A DNA stretch of 63,064 nt, the filler included, from Asterionella formosa (lineage: Eukaryota): NCBI GenBank assembly GCA_002256025.1. It is 13 parts of 13 records of this genome, joined end to end, with 100 filler letters (N's around TTAATTAATTAA, not from the genome) between each part and the next. Parts side by side here need not be neighbours in the genome. Positions count along the whole stretch, not along the records: positions 34,055 to 38,809 come from NKIB01013381.1; positions 38,910 to 43,664 come from NKIB01013382.1; positions 43,765 to 48,518 come from NKIB01013383.1; 10 more parts are not named here. One strand, written 5' to 3'. Shown in pieces: positions 34,353 through 47,064 of the stretch. The notes under the pieces are model-generated. The model searched no databases and was not told the DNA's origin. It saw nothing but the letters and a program-made list of their open reading frames with translations. Position 1 is the stretch's first letter; every line of letters starts with the position of its first letter. The position numbers and the translations under genes are program-made.

Positions 34353-36787
34353 ATGAGTAATAAGGAAATCTACAATGCCATTGAACATGAAGTAGGAATA
34401 TCTTCTTATTTATCCAAAGAGCATCCAGGTTTTGCGGCTGTGTTGAAGGCAAGAATATCAGATTTTGTTGTTCATGAAGGTGAGCAAAATTTAAGGCGCA
34501 TGATGCAGATACAGAAACAGATGCTGATGCTTTACACTATGAATGTCCTTATTGTGTTGGTACAATACAAGGAGTGCTATGGCATAGACACCGTTAATAT
34601 GTAACACTCTCGCTCACAACTGTATCTCTCCCTCTCCATATAAATAAATAAAATACACACACACACATTTGAATGAATTAGTCAACCGCAGCGGACAAAT
34701 TGCCCGATTAGAACATCTATCCCCACCTCCACAAGAAACCAAACAACATCCATCGTCATCATCTCCTCCTATTGATGAACCAGAATACAAAAAGAGAAAA
34801 AGAGATCCCAACGAAGATCCTTGGGAGGTGACTGAATCTCAATTGATGCAATGGGTACCTCAAGATGTTGCCAAACAAGTTATGGAAATGTTGAAAGGAT
34901 GGGAAACGAATAGTAGTGCCACTACTATTACAGATGATACTACAATCAGTACTCTTAAACAAAATGTGACATTGCCACAATTGGCCGACAAGGATACAAG
35001 ACGTGCGGTACATGAATTTATTAAATCGGAATTAAGTCATGTGGCATTGGCCGATACACACAATGGGTGCATTCGAATTTGGCATAAAAAATTTGAACGA
35101 CACATGCCCACTTTTGGAAAATTTGATCGTGGACGTAATTCCGACAATACTGGTAAGAAACAGGGTCAAGATTCAAGACCCCTCCACAAATTGCCATGGC
35201 CCCCGGGACGACCAGACTTTCTTCAGTTTGTGTTATATAAGGAAAATATTGATACAGGAACAGCTACCAAGGATATACTACATCGCATTCATGGGAAGCA
35301 AGTTAGATTGGGATATGCAGGGATGAAAGACAAACGCGGAGTTACGACACAATTTTGTACCTTGTTCAAACGACACGCGGAAGAGATTATTTCCTTCAAT
35401 AATTCCCAAAAGAATAGAGGCGGGGGCAACTCGAACTACGGCAATGTTTCAGTGATACGAGTTGGAAATTTTGAATATGTGGACAAGGAACTCCATTTAG
35501 GATCCTTGACCGGAAATCGATTTGACGTTGTTCTTAGGAACGTTTGTGTCGATGGCATTACTACTACTTCCAACACTATGGAAGNNNNNNNNNNNNNNNN
35601 NNNNNNNNNNNNNNNNNNNNNNNNNNNNNNNNNNNNNNNNNNNNNNNNNNNNNNNNNNNNNNNNNNNNNNNNNNNNNNNNNNNNNNNNNNNNNNNNNNNN
35701 NNNNNNNNNNNNNNNNNNNNNNNNNNNNNNNNNNNNNNNNNNNNNNNNNNNNNNNNNNNNNNNNNNNNNNNNNNNNNNNNNNNNNNNNNNNNNNNNNNNN
35801 NNNNNNNNNNNNNNNNNNNNNNNNNNNNNNNNNNNNNNNNNNNNNNNNNNNNNNNNNNNNNNNNNNNNNNNNNNNNNNNNNNNNNNNNNNNNNNNNNNNN
35901 NNNNNNNNNNNNNNNNNNNNNNNNNNNNNNNNNNNNNNNNNNNNNNNNNNNNNNNNNNNNNNNNNNNNNNNNNNNNNNNNGCATCGTCTGTCGTTAGAGA
36001 TATGGGACGATTCATGACGTGTGAGGTTGCTATTCTGAACAGTCTCAAGCACAGGCCATTGGATTACAAACGTGCCTTTGGGACCATCCCCAAACATGTA
36101 CGCTCCATGTTTTTACATGCGATACAATCTCTTGTTTTCAACCGAGTAGCGTCTCATCGGATTGAGAAATTAGGACGAGATGTACTGGTGGGTGATCTTG
36201 TGTTAGTTCAAGACAAGGACGAACAAAACGGCGGTTCGGGAACTTCTGGTCGGCAAGGAAAGGAGGTACATGTGGTAACCAACGACGATAAGGACAAGTA
36301 TGCATTGAAAGACGTAGTCCTTCCATTGGTGGGATCCAAGGTTCAATATCCAGAAAATGAAACTGGGGAACTCTTTGTTAGCATCTTGGCAGAGATTGGA
36401 CTCAAGAAGGAGGATTTTTCGAACATTCAGGATCGCGACATTTCTTTGGGAGGAGATTATCGCAAACTAATCTGTAAGCCTACTGACGTTGATTTCCAGG
36501 TGGTGGAGTATACGGACCCACTACAGCCACTGCTTCAAACAGATTTGATGAAATTGGACGGAAGTGAAATCAAACTAAAGGAAAAAGACGACACACATGA
36601 AAATGTCCATGTTGGTTTGGTGGTTGGCTTCACACTACCACCGTCGTCGTATGCTACCATTTGCCTTCGTGAGCTCATGAAACGTCCAACATCTGTGGAT
36701 TATCAACGAGCATTACAACTGTCAGGACAATGTGAAGGCAAATTCGAAACAGTACCAGCTGTCGAAAATGTATTGCACATGGTATAA
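34353..36787 (+). CDS. PUS7: TruD-family pseudouridine synthase; intron 34480-34681; N-gap 35585-35980
   Basis: KARISDFVVHE|V, FVLYKEN, GYAGMKDKRGVTTQ, LGSLTGNRFDVVLR, GGDYRKL and FTLPPSSYATICLRELMK. Confidence 0.93.
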
Positions 36788-36832
36788 GTTATCACAGTAC
36801 AGTTTCTTAAATGAAGACTCCATTATAATCTT

Positions 36833-38752
36833 TCAATTATCTAGCATACGATCAAATTCGTCCAACATGGCTTCCTGCTTTTTTCGCTCGTTTTCGGTCA
36901 GTGGTATAGAGGTGTCAAAAATGGCATCGCTGCTTTTCAATTGCTTCATTTTAGTCCCAAGTCGACTTGCAGCATTGAGCTTTCGAGTGATGTTGCTCAC
37001 TCCCGAGGCGAGAACTGTCCTCCACATGCGTCGTTTCTGGTTTCGCTGTTGAATTTTGGCATTTTCTGTTTTAATCCACAATGATCGAACCAAAGGAATG
37101 ACATTAAAGAGGATGGCATAGGACAAGAGCAACGGGAAACCCGCCTGGACAATGCCGAAAAACGATGGCAATGTAACACCGTACAGGGCGTAACTTTGAA
37201 ACATTTGTCCAAGGTACAGTGCACCTGCCAGATTCACAACACCAAGACCACCAGCCAAAACTTTGTTGCCATCTGAAGCCAAACTAAATTTGTATTCTTG
37301 TTCCAAGAGCATGGATGGGTCTTCGTCTCCAAAGAGTTCTTCATCTTTATCTGTGATGGGTGGTATGGCATTCCGAAGAATAGTCAAAAAGTCTTTCTTT
37401 TCCAAAGCTCCACGAGTACTAATCCCACTTCGTTCCAACAAATTCTTGATGTCTCTAGCACTAGCATCTGGCTCGAGTCCCACCTTTTTAAGGACAATGG
37501 CACTTTGATCCAAACGTTGAACTGGACGAGATGACGCAGATAATTGGAGCTCGGGGAAGACATAAACAATATCCCCTTCATCTGTGACCCGAGGTTCTCC
37601 TGCCAACGCAGTAACAATGGGCAAAACAAAGGCCTGAAAATATTTTGGAATTTTCCAACCAAAAAGAGGGTGAGAGTTTCCTAGTCAATTGCTATGAACA
37701 AGCGCATTTGGGGCCCGTACCTCATTGACATATGCCGTGTTAGTTGTTGTGGCGTCAAAATCTGGAGTGGGTGCATCATCACAAAAGGGAGCTAACTCTT
37801 CTGCTGTTACAGCTCCATTTTTGGTTCGAATATAGTTGCTTGCCAATTGCAATCGCTTTTCTTCCAGGGCTTGATTTGGATTCCCATCTCCAAAGATGTA
37901 ACTAAATACAGATTCTAAAAAGCCCATATCTTCTGGATCACGTGGTCTTTCTCCGGGCGCGGTTGCATAGTATCCATAATAGGGTCGGTAATAAAAGAAA
38001 TCCAAAGGAGATGGTCCCCACATGGATCCCCCCAAGGACATTCCTCCACCACCCCGATCGCCTCGTCGTCGATCATCATCATTCGAAGATCCTTGAGAAA
38101 TAAAGAAAATAGTACTAAAAATAGCCAAGAGTGATGCTACCAAAACAAGCCCAAAGGACACTCTAATTCCATAGAAAATGGCCGGCCACGCCTTCCGGAG
38201 TGCTTGCATGGCTTTGAATTTGGCAGATTTGGAGGCCAGTGTAGCACTTAGATTGTTGGGAAAGGTGTACAACAAGTCCCCATCACTGGATACAGCAATA
38301 TCCCCTTGTGCCAAGGATGCCAATGTGGTCAATTCGCGACGAGCTTGACGCAGTGAGACTCCTGCCATGACGGCCACATCAGATGCCACTACGGTGTTTC
38401 CGCTGTTGGCTTCGACCGCTTGAAGGACAGCTGGAGAAGGCAATTGCTCCACCAAGCTTTCATAAGAGACGCCCATATAGAGTGAAGACGATTTCGTGAC
38501 TGATGGCAGCGTCGTGCGGAACAGTCCTGTTGCAGCAGCTGACTGCTGGTTGCTCTTGTTCTGTCCAACAGGAGGGAAACGGATTCTATCCTTGTGCGAA
38601 CCACCAGCATAGTTTCTAGTTCTAGTTGCAACAATAGCGTTAGGCTTCACGTAAGGAGCGAAGGCAAGCGACTGAGAAGACAACGAGAGCAGTAGTACTG
38701 CTATAGTTGTCAGCGTTAAGCGCCGTTGTTGTTGAGTCAGCATCATAGTCAT
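36833..38752 (-). CDS. Conserved plastid membrane protein (At5g03900-like), 2 exons; intron 37634-37720
   Basis: SLA-FAP bipartite presequence, plus FLESVFSYIFGDGNPN, GAVTAEELAPF and GEPRVTDEGDIVYVFPELQ. Confidence 0.85.
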
Positions 38753-38909
38753 GGTGGGCGGGCATTCGTAGAAAGAGGAGCGAAGATTTAATTTATTTTC
38801 TCTATTCAANNNNNNNNNNNNNNNNNNNNNNNNNNNNNNNNNNNNNNNNNNNNTTAATTAATTAANNNNNNNNNNNNNNNNNNNNNNNNNNNNNNNNNNN
38901 NNNNNNNNN

Positions 38910-40140
38910 AGTTCACGACATGCATTCGCGCATATTGGTCCAACTTTCTTCACAAAATACAACAATTTTCCAACCATTGAACGATATTCTTTGTGGAGAA
39001 TCACTTTGTCTGGATTCATTCTGAGAACAATTCCTGGAAATGCTGGGGTTGATGCATCTCTTGGATACTTTCCAAAAATATCATGATAATCTTGTAGCAT
39101 AACATGCACAAAATCCTCCATGCTCGACTCCAAGTAGCGTCCCACTTTATCTTGGCCCCAATCGTACCACACTCCCAAATGCTTCTTCAAAGGGCCAAGC
39201 TCCTTAATTGTGAAGTGTTTCTTGATTTCATTTTTGAACCATTTAATATCATTTGGCTTTCCAGCAATTGCACAATCATCGACATGTGTGGCAATTATTA
39301 GGATTAGTGCATTGTTTTCCTTGATGAAGAATACACATGGATCGACCTTGCTCTGCCTCAATCCAACTTTGGTTAAGTTTTGAACCATCTTCTTGAAAAA
39401 TTGTAGCGCTGCTTGAACTGTGCCATACATGGCCTTCTCCAACTTAATGCATTTGTTTTTCATTGTTTCTTGTGTTTCGAAACCGAAGTCTAAAACCCCA
39501 TCTGGCCATTCAATATAGATTTGCTCTTCCATGTCTCCTTCAAGAAAAGCAGCTTCAACATCAATGATTTCACAAACCCATCGTATTTCTTCAGACTTAT
39601 CCCATTTGTATAACGAGAGAGCGAATATCATACGCATTGAAGCATCTGTTGCAACTGGAGCAAATGAATCAGTGAAATCCAGTCCCGGGATCTGAACGTA
39701 GCCTTTCACTACAATATGTCCTTTGTATCGAATACTTTTATCCTGCTCGGATTTCTTCTTGAATACCTAGCGTGTGCCTAACGGTTTTCTGCCCTTGAGA
39801 TTGTCACGAGGAACCATTTTCCAAACATTTCGCTTGTAGAAATTGTTGATTTCATTTTTAATAGCAACGGTCCACTGCTTGCTCTCGTCTCCTTTCATAG
39901 CCTCCTTGTAATGCTTTCGCTCCCCAGGATCGGAAGCAAGAGTTGTAGAATATGCATAGAACCTCTCTACTCCTTCTTCACTTTGAAATAGTTCATCATC
40001 ATCTTGATAGGCCGCTTCAGCATAATCTATTTCTTCAATTGATCCTTTGTCCTTGTCATCTAGTTGTAAGCTGCGCCGAGCACTGCGTTTGCCAGTAACT
40101 TCTTTCCAACCATCAAGGCGTTTCAATTCTCGTTCCAGTG
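38910..40140 (-). mobile_element. Ty1/Copia pol fragment (linker + RVT_2 reverse transcriptase), with one in-frame stop
   Basis: SDPGE..YKEAM, KGYVQIPGLDFTDSFAPV, DVEAAFL, KAMYGTVQAA and HVDDC. Confidence 0.92.
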
Positions 40141-41438
40141 TCAGTATGATAGTAGCTTTCCGTAGGATTGCTGTGTGAACCGTCTCCACGACCACCAACA
40201 TGTCCTCGTCTACCGAAACTGGAACGGCCATGTCCATTATGACGACCAGCCATGCGACCTGCTCGACCACCTTGAGTACGAGGATTCTGGAAACAATTGC
40301 CCCAAGTATGTGCACCATCAGGATGTATCGGGCAAGGACCACCTTGTAGAGCTTGATGACGAACAGTCGCCTGACGATCCCATGCGCGTCCGGCTGCATT
40401 GACAATAGCACGCGCTCTTCAACGACCACTTGGAGTAAAATTATCGTTGTAGAATTGACGACTGACACGCTCGTTTTCTTGACGCATCACACGATTGCCT
40501 TCAGCAATGCGAAGACGGTTTTGTGTGGTTGTTTGAAAACTGTTCTTGGGAAGATGCTTGTTTCGGTCCTTTAAACGATTGTTGACTCTCGAAGTAAGCG
40601 AGAACCGAGCGAATCGATTGGTCTGAAGTTTTCGCATGATTTAATTCAAACTCTTGTTGCCACTCATCGGGCATAGAACGGATAATGATAATCCGCATAT
40701 CTTCTTTTGACAATCCGTTTTGATCTTCTGGATGAGGCATTAGTTGAAGTAGCCTGTTTAAAGTTTTAATACGAGCTCCGAAATCCATTACCAACATAGA
40801 AAAGGGTTTAGATAAATAACGTAGCATTCATTGTCGTTGACGTTGAAAACTCTCGTTTGGTAAACGATCGTCTAACCCTAAAACCATCGCTTCATCGAAA
40901 CTATCGTAAGATTGATCTTCTGGGTGTACTTCCACATTCAACCAATCCGATAAGGCAATGTCGGTCAAACACCTTTTAAAGTAGGAAAAGGTATCTGCAG
41001 GGCTTAAGGCACAGTGTTAGCCATGTCACGAAATTGACTCACTCCAATTAACAATGCTTCCACCGAGCTTCCATTGATCATATCTTGATCAAACGATTCA
41101 AACCTTCCACCGGTTAAAGCAACTCTGAATGTTTTAGTTTTGATAGGCAATACATTGTAGTCTTTGATCAAAGGAATCACAGGAACCCTTGAATACATTG
41201 CCATGTTTGTTGTCTTCTAATTCGACTCTTTTTGAATTCAAAGTGAAGTATCAAACTAGAAGTAGTAGTATTTGTTGAATATATGAGCTTATTAATTAAT
41301 CCTTATGTACAACTCATTTCCTGAACTGACATCAAAGTATAGAATGGGTGTTAGTTGAGTTCTCTCATTATTGAATTCCGATATATTTAACATAACCCTG
41401 ACCCTATATACATCTGTATCGATGTGCAGGATTGCTCA
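40141..41438 (-). mobile_element. 5' end of a Ty3/Gypsy element: LTR (41244-41438) and decayed gag
   Basis: LTR is homologous to 29627-29823. Gag motifs LSKPFSM..ARIKTLN..MPDEWQ and CPIHPDGAHTWGNC, with internal stops. Confidence 0.8.
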
Positions 41439-41814
41439 CCAGGTACTTTACTGGTACCTGGTACCTGGTACCTGGTACCATTAATTTCAAAACTTCGACC
41501 CCAATCCTGAGCATGTACGCTTTGAGGCTATGCCATTAGATATAAGTTTGTAGCAATTGGTTTCTCCTAAAATATTAGTTGAAAAGTGCGATCGACGAAA
41601 ATATTGCCAGAACACGGATTATCCCGGCTTAATACAAAAATATCGCCTTCGATTTATTTGTTGTCTGATTCTTGTCCTATCCTTATCCCTGTCACTTGAT
41701 AGTGCCTAAGAAACTTGAGCATCATAAGCGCCCTTTCACCCATACACTACTTGAAAGGAAATGTGTACATACCAGTATAGAATTTTTAGCTCATAATATG
41801 CATCCAAACTATGG

Positions 41815-43454
41815 CATAAAAGAAATCGACTGTGCCTTCGGGCAAGGCGTCTCAGTCTATTAGCAGCACAAACAAAGCCAGGATGATTGAACATTGCCTA
41901 TTAAACATCTCTACAAATATGGAAGTGTTGAAAGCGAACAATAATGGAAAACTACCATATGGCGCAATTTCTCGTGCTGTGCACGATGTACAAGAACTTG
42001 TCTCATGGGCAACTACACAGAAAGTGAAATACTTTTTAAGGAAAATGAGGTTATCTGGTGGCACCAGTAGCTACCAGCACGGACAAACAGCCTGCTGAGG
42101 AGGATGTGCAGGAAGAATCACAAGAAAGCGAAATATCTATGCTGACTATGACATGGAATGTGTAGAAAATTACAGCTATAGCAGAAAAATTCATTATCAT
42201 TCTTCCGTTAATACTATGATTATGTCTACAAGTTCTAGTTTGCCTCCTGCCAGCACTGCTACTGCATCAACTGAAAGCAGCAGCACCATTTCTGCCACTA
42301 CAACCCTGCCCTACTATGGTGGTCGTCCAAAGGGAACAACCGCAGTAGCCAGCTCCATCATGGCAGAAAAAGTGAAAGAACGTATTTCCAATTCGGCAGC
42401 AGAATATATGAGGGTGAGAGAAGAGGAAAAAGAAAAAGGAGGAAGAGAATCACGAGTGAAGAGAAATACACTTGCCTGTATGATATTGAGAGAAAAGGAG
42501 GCGCTTGGTATTCCTCCTGCTGTCAATATTAATTTCGAAACAGTTAGAACACGTGCAAAAAGAAAAAGCAATCAAGGAACAAACACAGCTCGCATCTCAC
42601 CTATGCTTGAAGTGGAACCTTACATTGTGGAGCTCATTGATCAGTTGGGTAAAATGCGTCCGCCCATCACATGCCAAGAGGGAGCCACTGCAACTTGCAA
42701 ATTCACTTCTTGGGAAAAACGATTTGCGAGATTACGCACAAACAAAAAAGCGGTAGCAGAGCAAGGCTGGGGACCTTTGAACTATAATTGTTTGTTGAAT
42801 CCTGAAAAATAGCTGACGAAATTTGGTTTTGTCCCATTGAATTGAATCTCACACAGCAACAGAACCTCTATTACACCTGACCAGCTCAACCTGTGAGAAG
42901 GACTTTCAGGAACTCTTACAAATCATATTGTTGAATACATAAACAGAGAAGATGTGCGAAATGGTAATGATGCAGCAGAACATGCCAGGAAAAGAAAGCA
43001 AACAGCACAAGCAGCAATCGACACACACAAACGAATGACCGCAGGACTGCACTTTGCTGTTGGAAAGACTTGTCTAGGACCACCGCTTTTTGAGCGGATG
43101 CTGGAAATCAAACACCGGCATGAAATCCAGGAACAAAACAAGGAGCAGAAATTGAATCAACGGTTTTTTGAATTGTCGCAGAAGCTACAGGCCATCAGAG
43201 AGACTGGAAAGGAAGCTGGAAGCTACAACATAGCTGAACTGAAAACAGTGGTGACATGGTACAAGCGCAACGGCGATGCGCCGCTTCCAATAACCAGACA
43301 GAACTTGTTGGCAAGATATTTGGAGACTTGCTGCCATGGAGGCAAGGATTCTCCATATTCAATTCGACCTCTTGATGTTGTGCTTGTGGGAGAGCAGGAG
43401 CTTAGTCGGAATGAGGGCGATAGTGTAGTTGTGTTGATAGGCGCAAGGATATAA
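41815..43454 (+). pseudogene. Internally deleted pogo/Tc1-mariner-like transposase relic
   Basis: GGRPKGTT and SPMLEVEPYIVELI are joined directly to NKKAVAEQGWGPLNYNCL. The catalytic core appears deleted near 42700. Confidence 0.6.
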
Positions 43455-43773
43455 TGTGGCTGAATGCATTTGCGTGTGATTGTGATGTAAATACTGGATG
43501 CGAAATTTCTTAAAAATAATTTTGCGAAAACCAAACAGGGTAATCCGTGATCATAATGGTATATAAAATTATATACAATTATAGATAAAAATTTAAGTAC
43601 TGCTGTGACCCATTACCGGCAAATTTTGTCCACATAAAAGGGTTCGTATCTCAGTACCTCGACCNNNNNNNNNNNNNNNNNNNNNNNNNNNNNNNNNNNN
43701 NNNNNNNNTTAATTAATTAANNNNNNNNNNNNNNNNNNNNNNNNNNNNNNNNNNNNNNNNNNNNAACGAAACA

Positions 43774-44736
43774 ATGGCAGCCAATCCTGAAATCAAAAAC
43801 GAAGATCTCCTTGCCGTGCGTTCCTACGTGACAGCCAATGACCCGTATCAATACAATCATTTGCATCCCTCGACGTTGTTATTGGACTTGACACATTCCA
43901 ATCTAGTGCAACAACACATTGAAATTCGCTTCGATGCACACGACACGCTATGGGATTTGCGTCATGTCATTCATCGAAAGACCGGGACTCCTCCGTGCTT
44001 TCAACATTTGCAAATTCAAGCTCACGGCCATGTCATTGGAGAGATAGCACCAGACATGCCAGATACATTGCAGTTGGGATACTTCTCACTACAACATGGT
44101 ATGACCATCCATTGTATGGACTTGGATCCATACTCGGGAAGCAAGGGAGGGCTCTACGAAGATACGAGTCTGGTGCAGAAGTACAGCATGTCAGAAACAG
44201 ATTACGATGCTCGGAAAGGGACCTTGAGAGATTGGGAACGGAATAAGAAACTGCAAGATCCTCATTTCACGTTAGCCAAACATGCCAAGGAACATGCAGC
44301 TTGGGTAGAAGCGAGACGACAAGGGAAACTGGGATTGGAATTGCCCCGAGGCTTTGAATACGATGAATGTGGAGAAGTTGTGCGAATTATTGAACAATCA
44401 CCATCCAAAGTCGAAAATGAAGTGACAAACGCAAACGATGATGCTCCAGGTACAGAGTCAGTACAAGGCATACAATTGAATATGAGATGTCAAGTACAAC
44501 CTGGGGGAAGGAGAGGTCGTGTGGCATTCGTTGGAGAGGTACCGGAACTAACAGGATGGTGGGTTGGTATTATCTTTGATGAACCTGTCGGCAAAACGAA
44601 CGGATGCACACCACAAGGGACTAGATACTTTGATGCACTTGCTGGATATGGAGGTTTTGTGAGAGGCAAGAATTGTCATGTGGGGGATTATCCAGAGAGA
44701 GACATTATGGATGACGATAGTGACGATGAATTGTAG
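43774..44736 (+). CDS. TBCB: Tubulin-folding cofactor B
   Basis: Ubiquitin-like N-domain, VQKYSMSETDYDARKGT, CAP-Gly (RGRVAFVG..WVGIIFDEPVGKTNG..YGGFVR) and an acidic GDYPE..DEL tail. Confidence 0.93.
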   Translation: MAANPEIKNEDLLAVRSYVTANDPYQYNHLHPSTLLLDLTHSNLVQQHIEIRFDAHDTLWDLRHVIHRKTGTPPCFQHLQIQAHGHVIGEIAPDMPDTLQLGYFSLQHGMTIHCMDLDPYSGSKGGLYEDTSLVQKYSMSETDYDARKGTLRDWERNKKLQDPHFTLAKHAKEHAAWVEARRQGKLGLELPRGFEYDECGEVVRIIEQSPSKVENEVTNANDDAPGTESVQGIQLNMRCQVQPGGRRGRVAFVGEVPELTGWWVGIIFDEPVGKTNGCTPQGTRYFDALAGYGGFVRGKNCHVGDYPERDIMDDDSDDEL

Positions 44737-45314
44737 TAGAAATAGGACTCTTTTCAAAATCTAGCAATTTTACACCAAAACTTTTCACTCACTGGTTTAT
44801 TCAACGCGTCCAACCAAGATTCTATTGAATCGGGGATACCCCCGCTATGTATGTTGTTCTTGCAGGAACTTATGACAAAAGCAGTGAACTGAAGTTTAGC
44901 CACATTCTTTCACTTTGTCCTTCTTTATGGAGTGATTGTCTTCATCGTACCAACAACTACATTCAATTGATGTGGGACACACCTCATGCGATCCTAATCT
45001 TTAAAAATTCTATATAAAGCCTTGTCCGAATCCAGAGAACATTTCGAATCGACTATAGTATCTCGCGTTGAATGCTATAAATCTGAGAATGAAATATTAA
45101 AGAAGGATCCATTTCCTCAACCTCTGGATTCCAACTTTGTATTCAGGAGCAATCGATTCTTTTCTTTGGGAAATGGCGGGGTCGCATACTCTCTAATTGT
45201 TGTAACCGAATCGTCGTGCACTATCTTTGCATGCAGAAACTAGGAGCATTGAACATAGGAAAAATATGATTTTCCTCTTCGTTTTGGTTGAGTTACTTGG
45301 TCAATTCGAATCAC

Positions 45315-47064
45315 CTATGTCATTCTGTCGCTTTCAATAGTTGCAGTTGAATGGTAGGAAAAGTCACTTGATTGGATACAGTCGAAAGAAGTATGGGCAT
45401 CTTTCTCCCCTTCTCCATGCGCCAAGTCCATTTCTTCGCCCTCCACATTCGCATCACGTTGCAACGTATCTTCCAATGGTCGCATTGACATGTCTCCTGG
45501 TGGTAGCAAGCACGGAGTAATGGCCCCAATCACCAATGACATTGACGCCACCAACAAGAGCCGAACTGGATTCCCCACCAAAGCTCCATTGACAAACTGC
45601 GCCACCATGGCACCCACTCTCCCACTGGCAGCACAGACACCCATGCCAGTAGAACGAACAGCCGTCGGAAAGAGCTCTGATGTCATGCAATCAATGGTGT
45701 TCCAGGCAGCAATGGTAAACGCTTGGAACATGCAAGCGCTTGCGACAATCCCACTCGCGTTGAGGGTGTTATTACTCTCCGATGCAAAATACGCAAAACT
45801 GACGAGTGACAATGCCGCGGCAAGTGAAGAGACAACTAGCATGCTCTTGCGGCCCGTCCTATCCATGAAGAAAGCACTCAAGAGATTTCCCGGGAGATTG
45901 GAAAAAGCAAAAAGCAAAGCATTGAAGTAAACATTTTCCAGATGAACAGCAACAAACAACGAATTGATCCAAGTCAAAATGCCTTGATGAGGGAGATTGG
46001 ATTAGATTCCTTAGATATATGGAGATTACACAAACACTAGCCAGATCTATTGACGTACCATAGGAACCAAACGAAAGACTGAACCAAACCGTCTGCAGTG
46101 GCCACGTAATAGGACGTAGTTGAGGCTGGTAAAGCTTAGAGGTGGAATTCAAAAAATCAAGCATCGCCAGTCGAAGGATCCCAAATACCCATGCACAACC
46201 AGTTGCCGTTTGAACCGGCCGTTGATTGCCGTGACTAGATCTAGGGTAGAAATGCAGAATATCCAACATGGACAACAAGGTTCCGTGGTATCTCATTTGC
46301 CGTGCGAGTCTATTCGCAACCATCAATGCTTCTTCTTGCTTCCCTTGCAAGGCCAGAAATCTAGGTGATTCATGAACAAGCGACGAAACCATAATGGCCC
46401 CCACGGCGGATGGAATCGCACAGACAATGGCAAAGATCCTCCAGGATAGTTTAAAGTAATCCAAAAATACCAAGGCAGCTAATGCCACAAATATAGACCC
46501 TACCATCCAAAAACTGGCGCAAAAAGTGACAAAGAACCCTCGTCGCGATGGTGGTGCCAGCTCTGTCACGAGCGTAAACAAGGGTGGGACCGTCGCTCCA
46601 ATTCCAACCCCTGCTATGCACCTGACGAACGACAATTGGATAGAATTCTGGGCCGCTGCTGATAGGACACCAGCTACGGAATTGCATATTAATCCCACCA
46701 TTAATGTCGGGTGCCTCCCGACCCAATCACCAATAGTCCCGATGAACAAACCGCCGAGGAGCATCCCTAGAAACACAGCGGCTGCCAAAACACCGGCTCG
46801 CCAGGCCTCATCGCGCAATATCTCCTCTTGGAAGGCACTATCGCTCAAAATGTAACTGAGGCAAAGAATTTCGCTGGCATCACTGCTATTAGCCACACCG
46901 AGACTAAACATAGTGATCCAGTAGGACCACGGAAATCCTCCTTCTGCTCCGCGGTAGGCTTGTTCCAGAAACTCATCCAAACTTCGAGGGTCTTCCTCAG
47001 GTGAGGGAGAAGCAAAGGCTGCATGAGATGCAGATTGAGGTGCTTTGCGCATTGTAGGAGGCAT
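45315..47064 (-). CDS. MFS transporter, SV2/SVOP-like, 2 exons; intron 45983-46058
   Basis: IGDWVGR and MDRTGRK loops, ELAPPSRRG, HESPRFL and SELFPTAVRSTGMG. Splicing gives SFGSYG|ILTW. Confidence 0.9.

Noticed and set aside
35585..35980. Long X-containing ORFs or an insertion in PUS7
   Set aside because: This is a scaffolding gap; ORFs spanning it are artefacts and the frame offset reflects the estimated gap size.
44710..44736. C-terminal DDEL as an ER-retention signal on TBCB
   Set aside because: There is no signal peptide, and an acidic DEL/DEI-type tail is normal for cofactor B.
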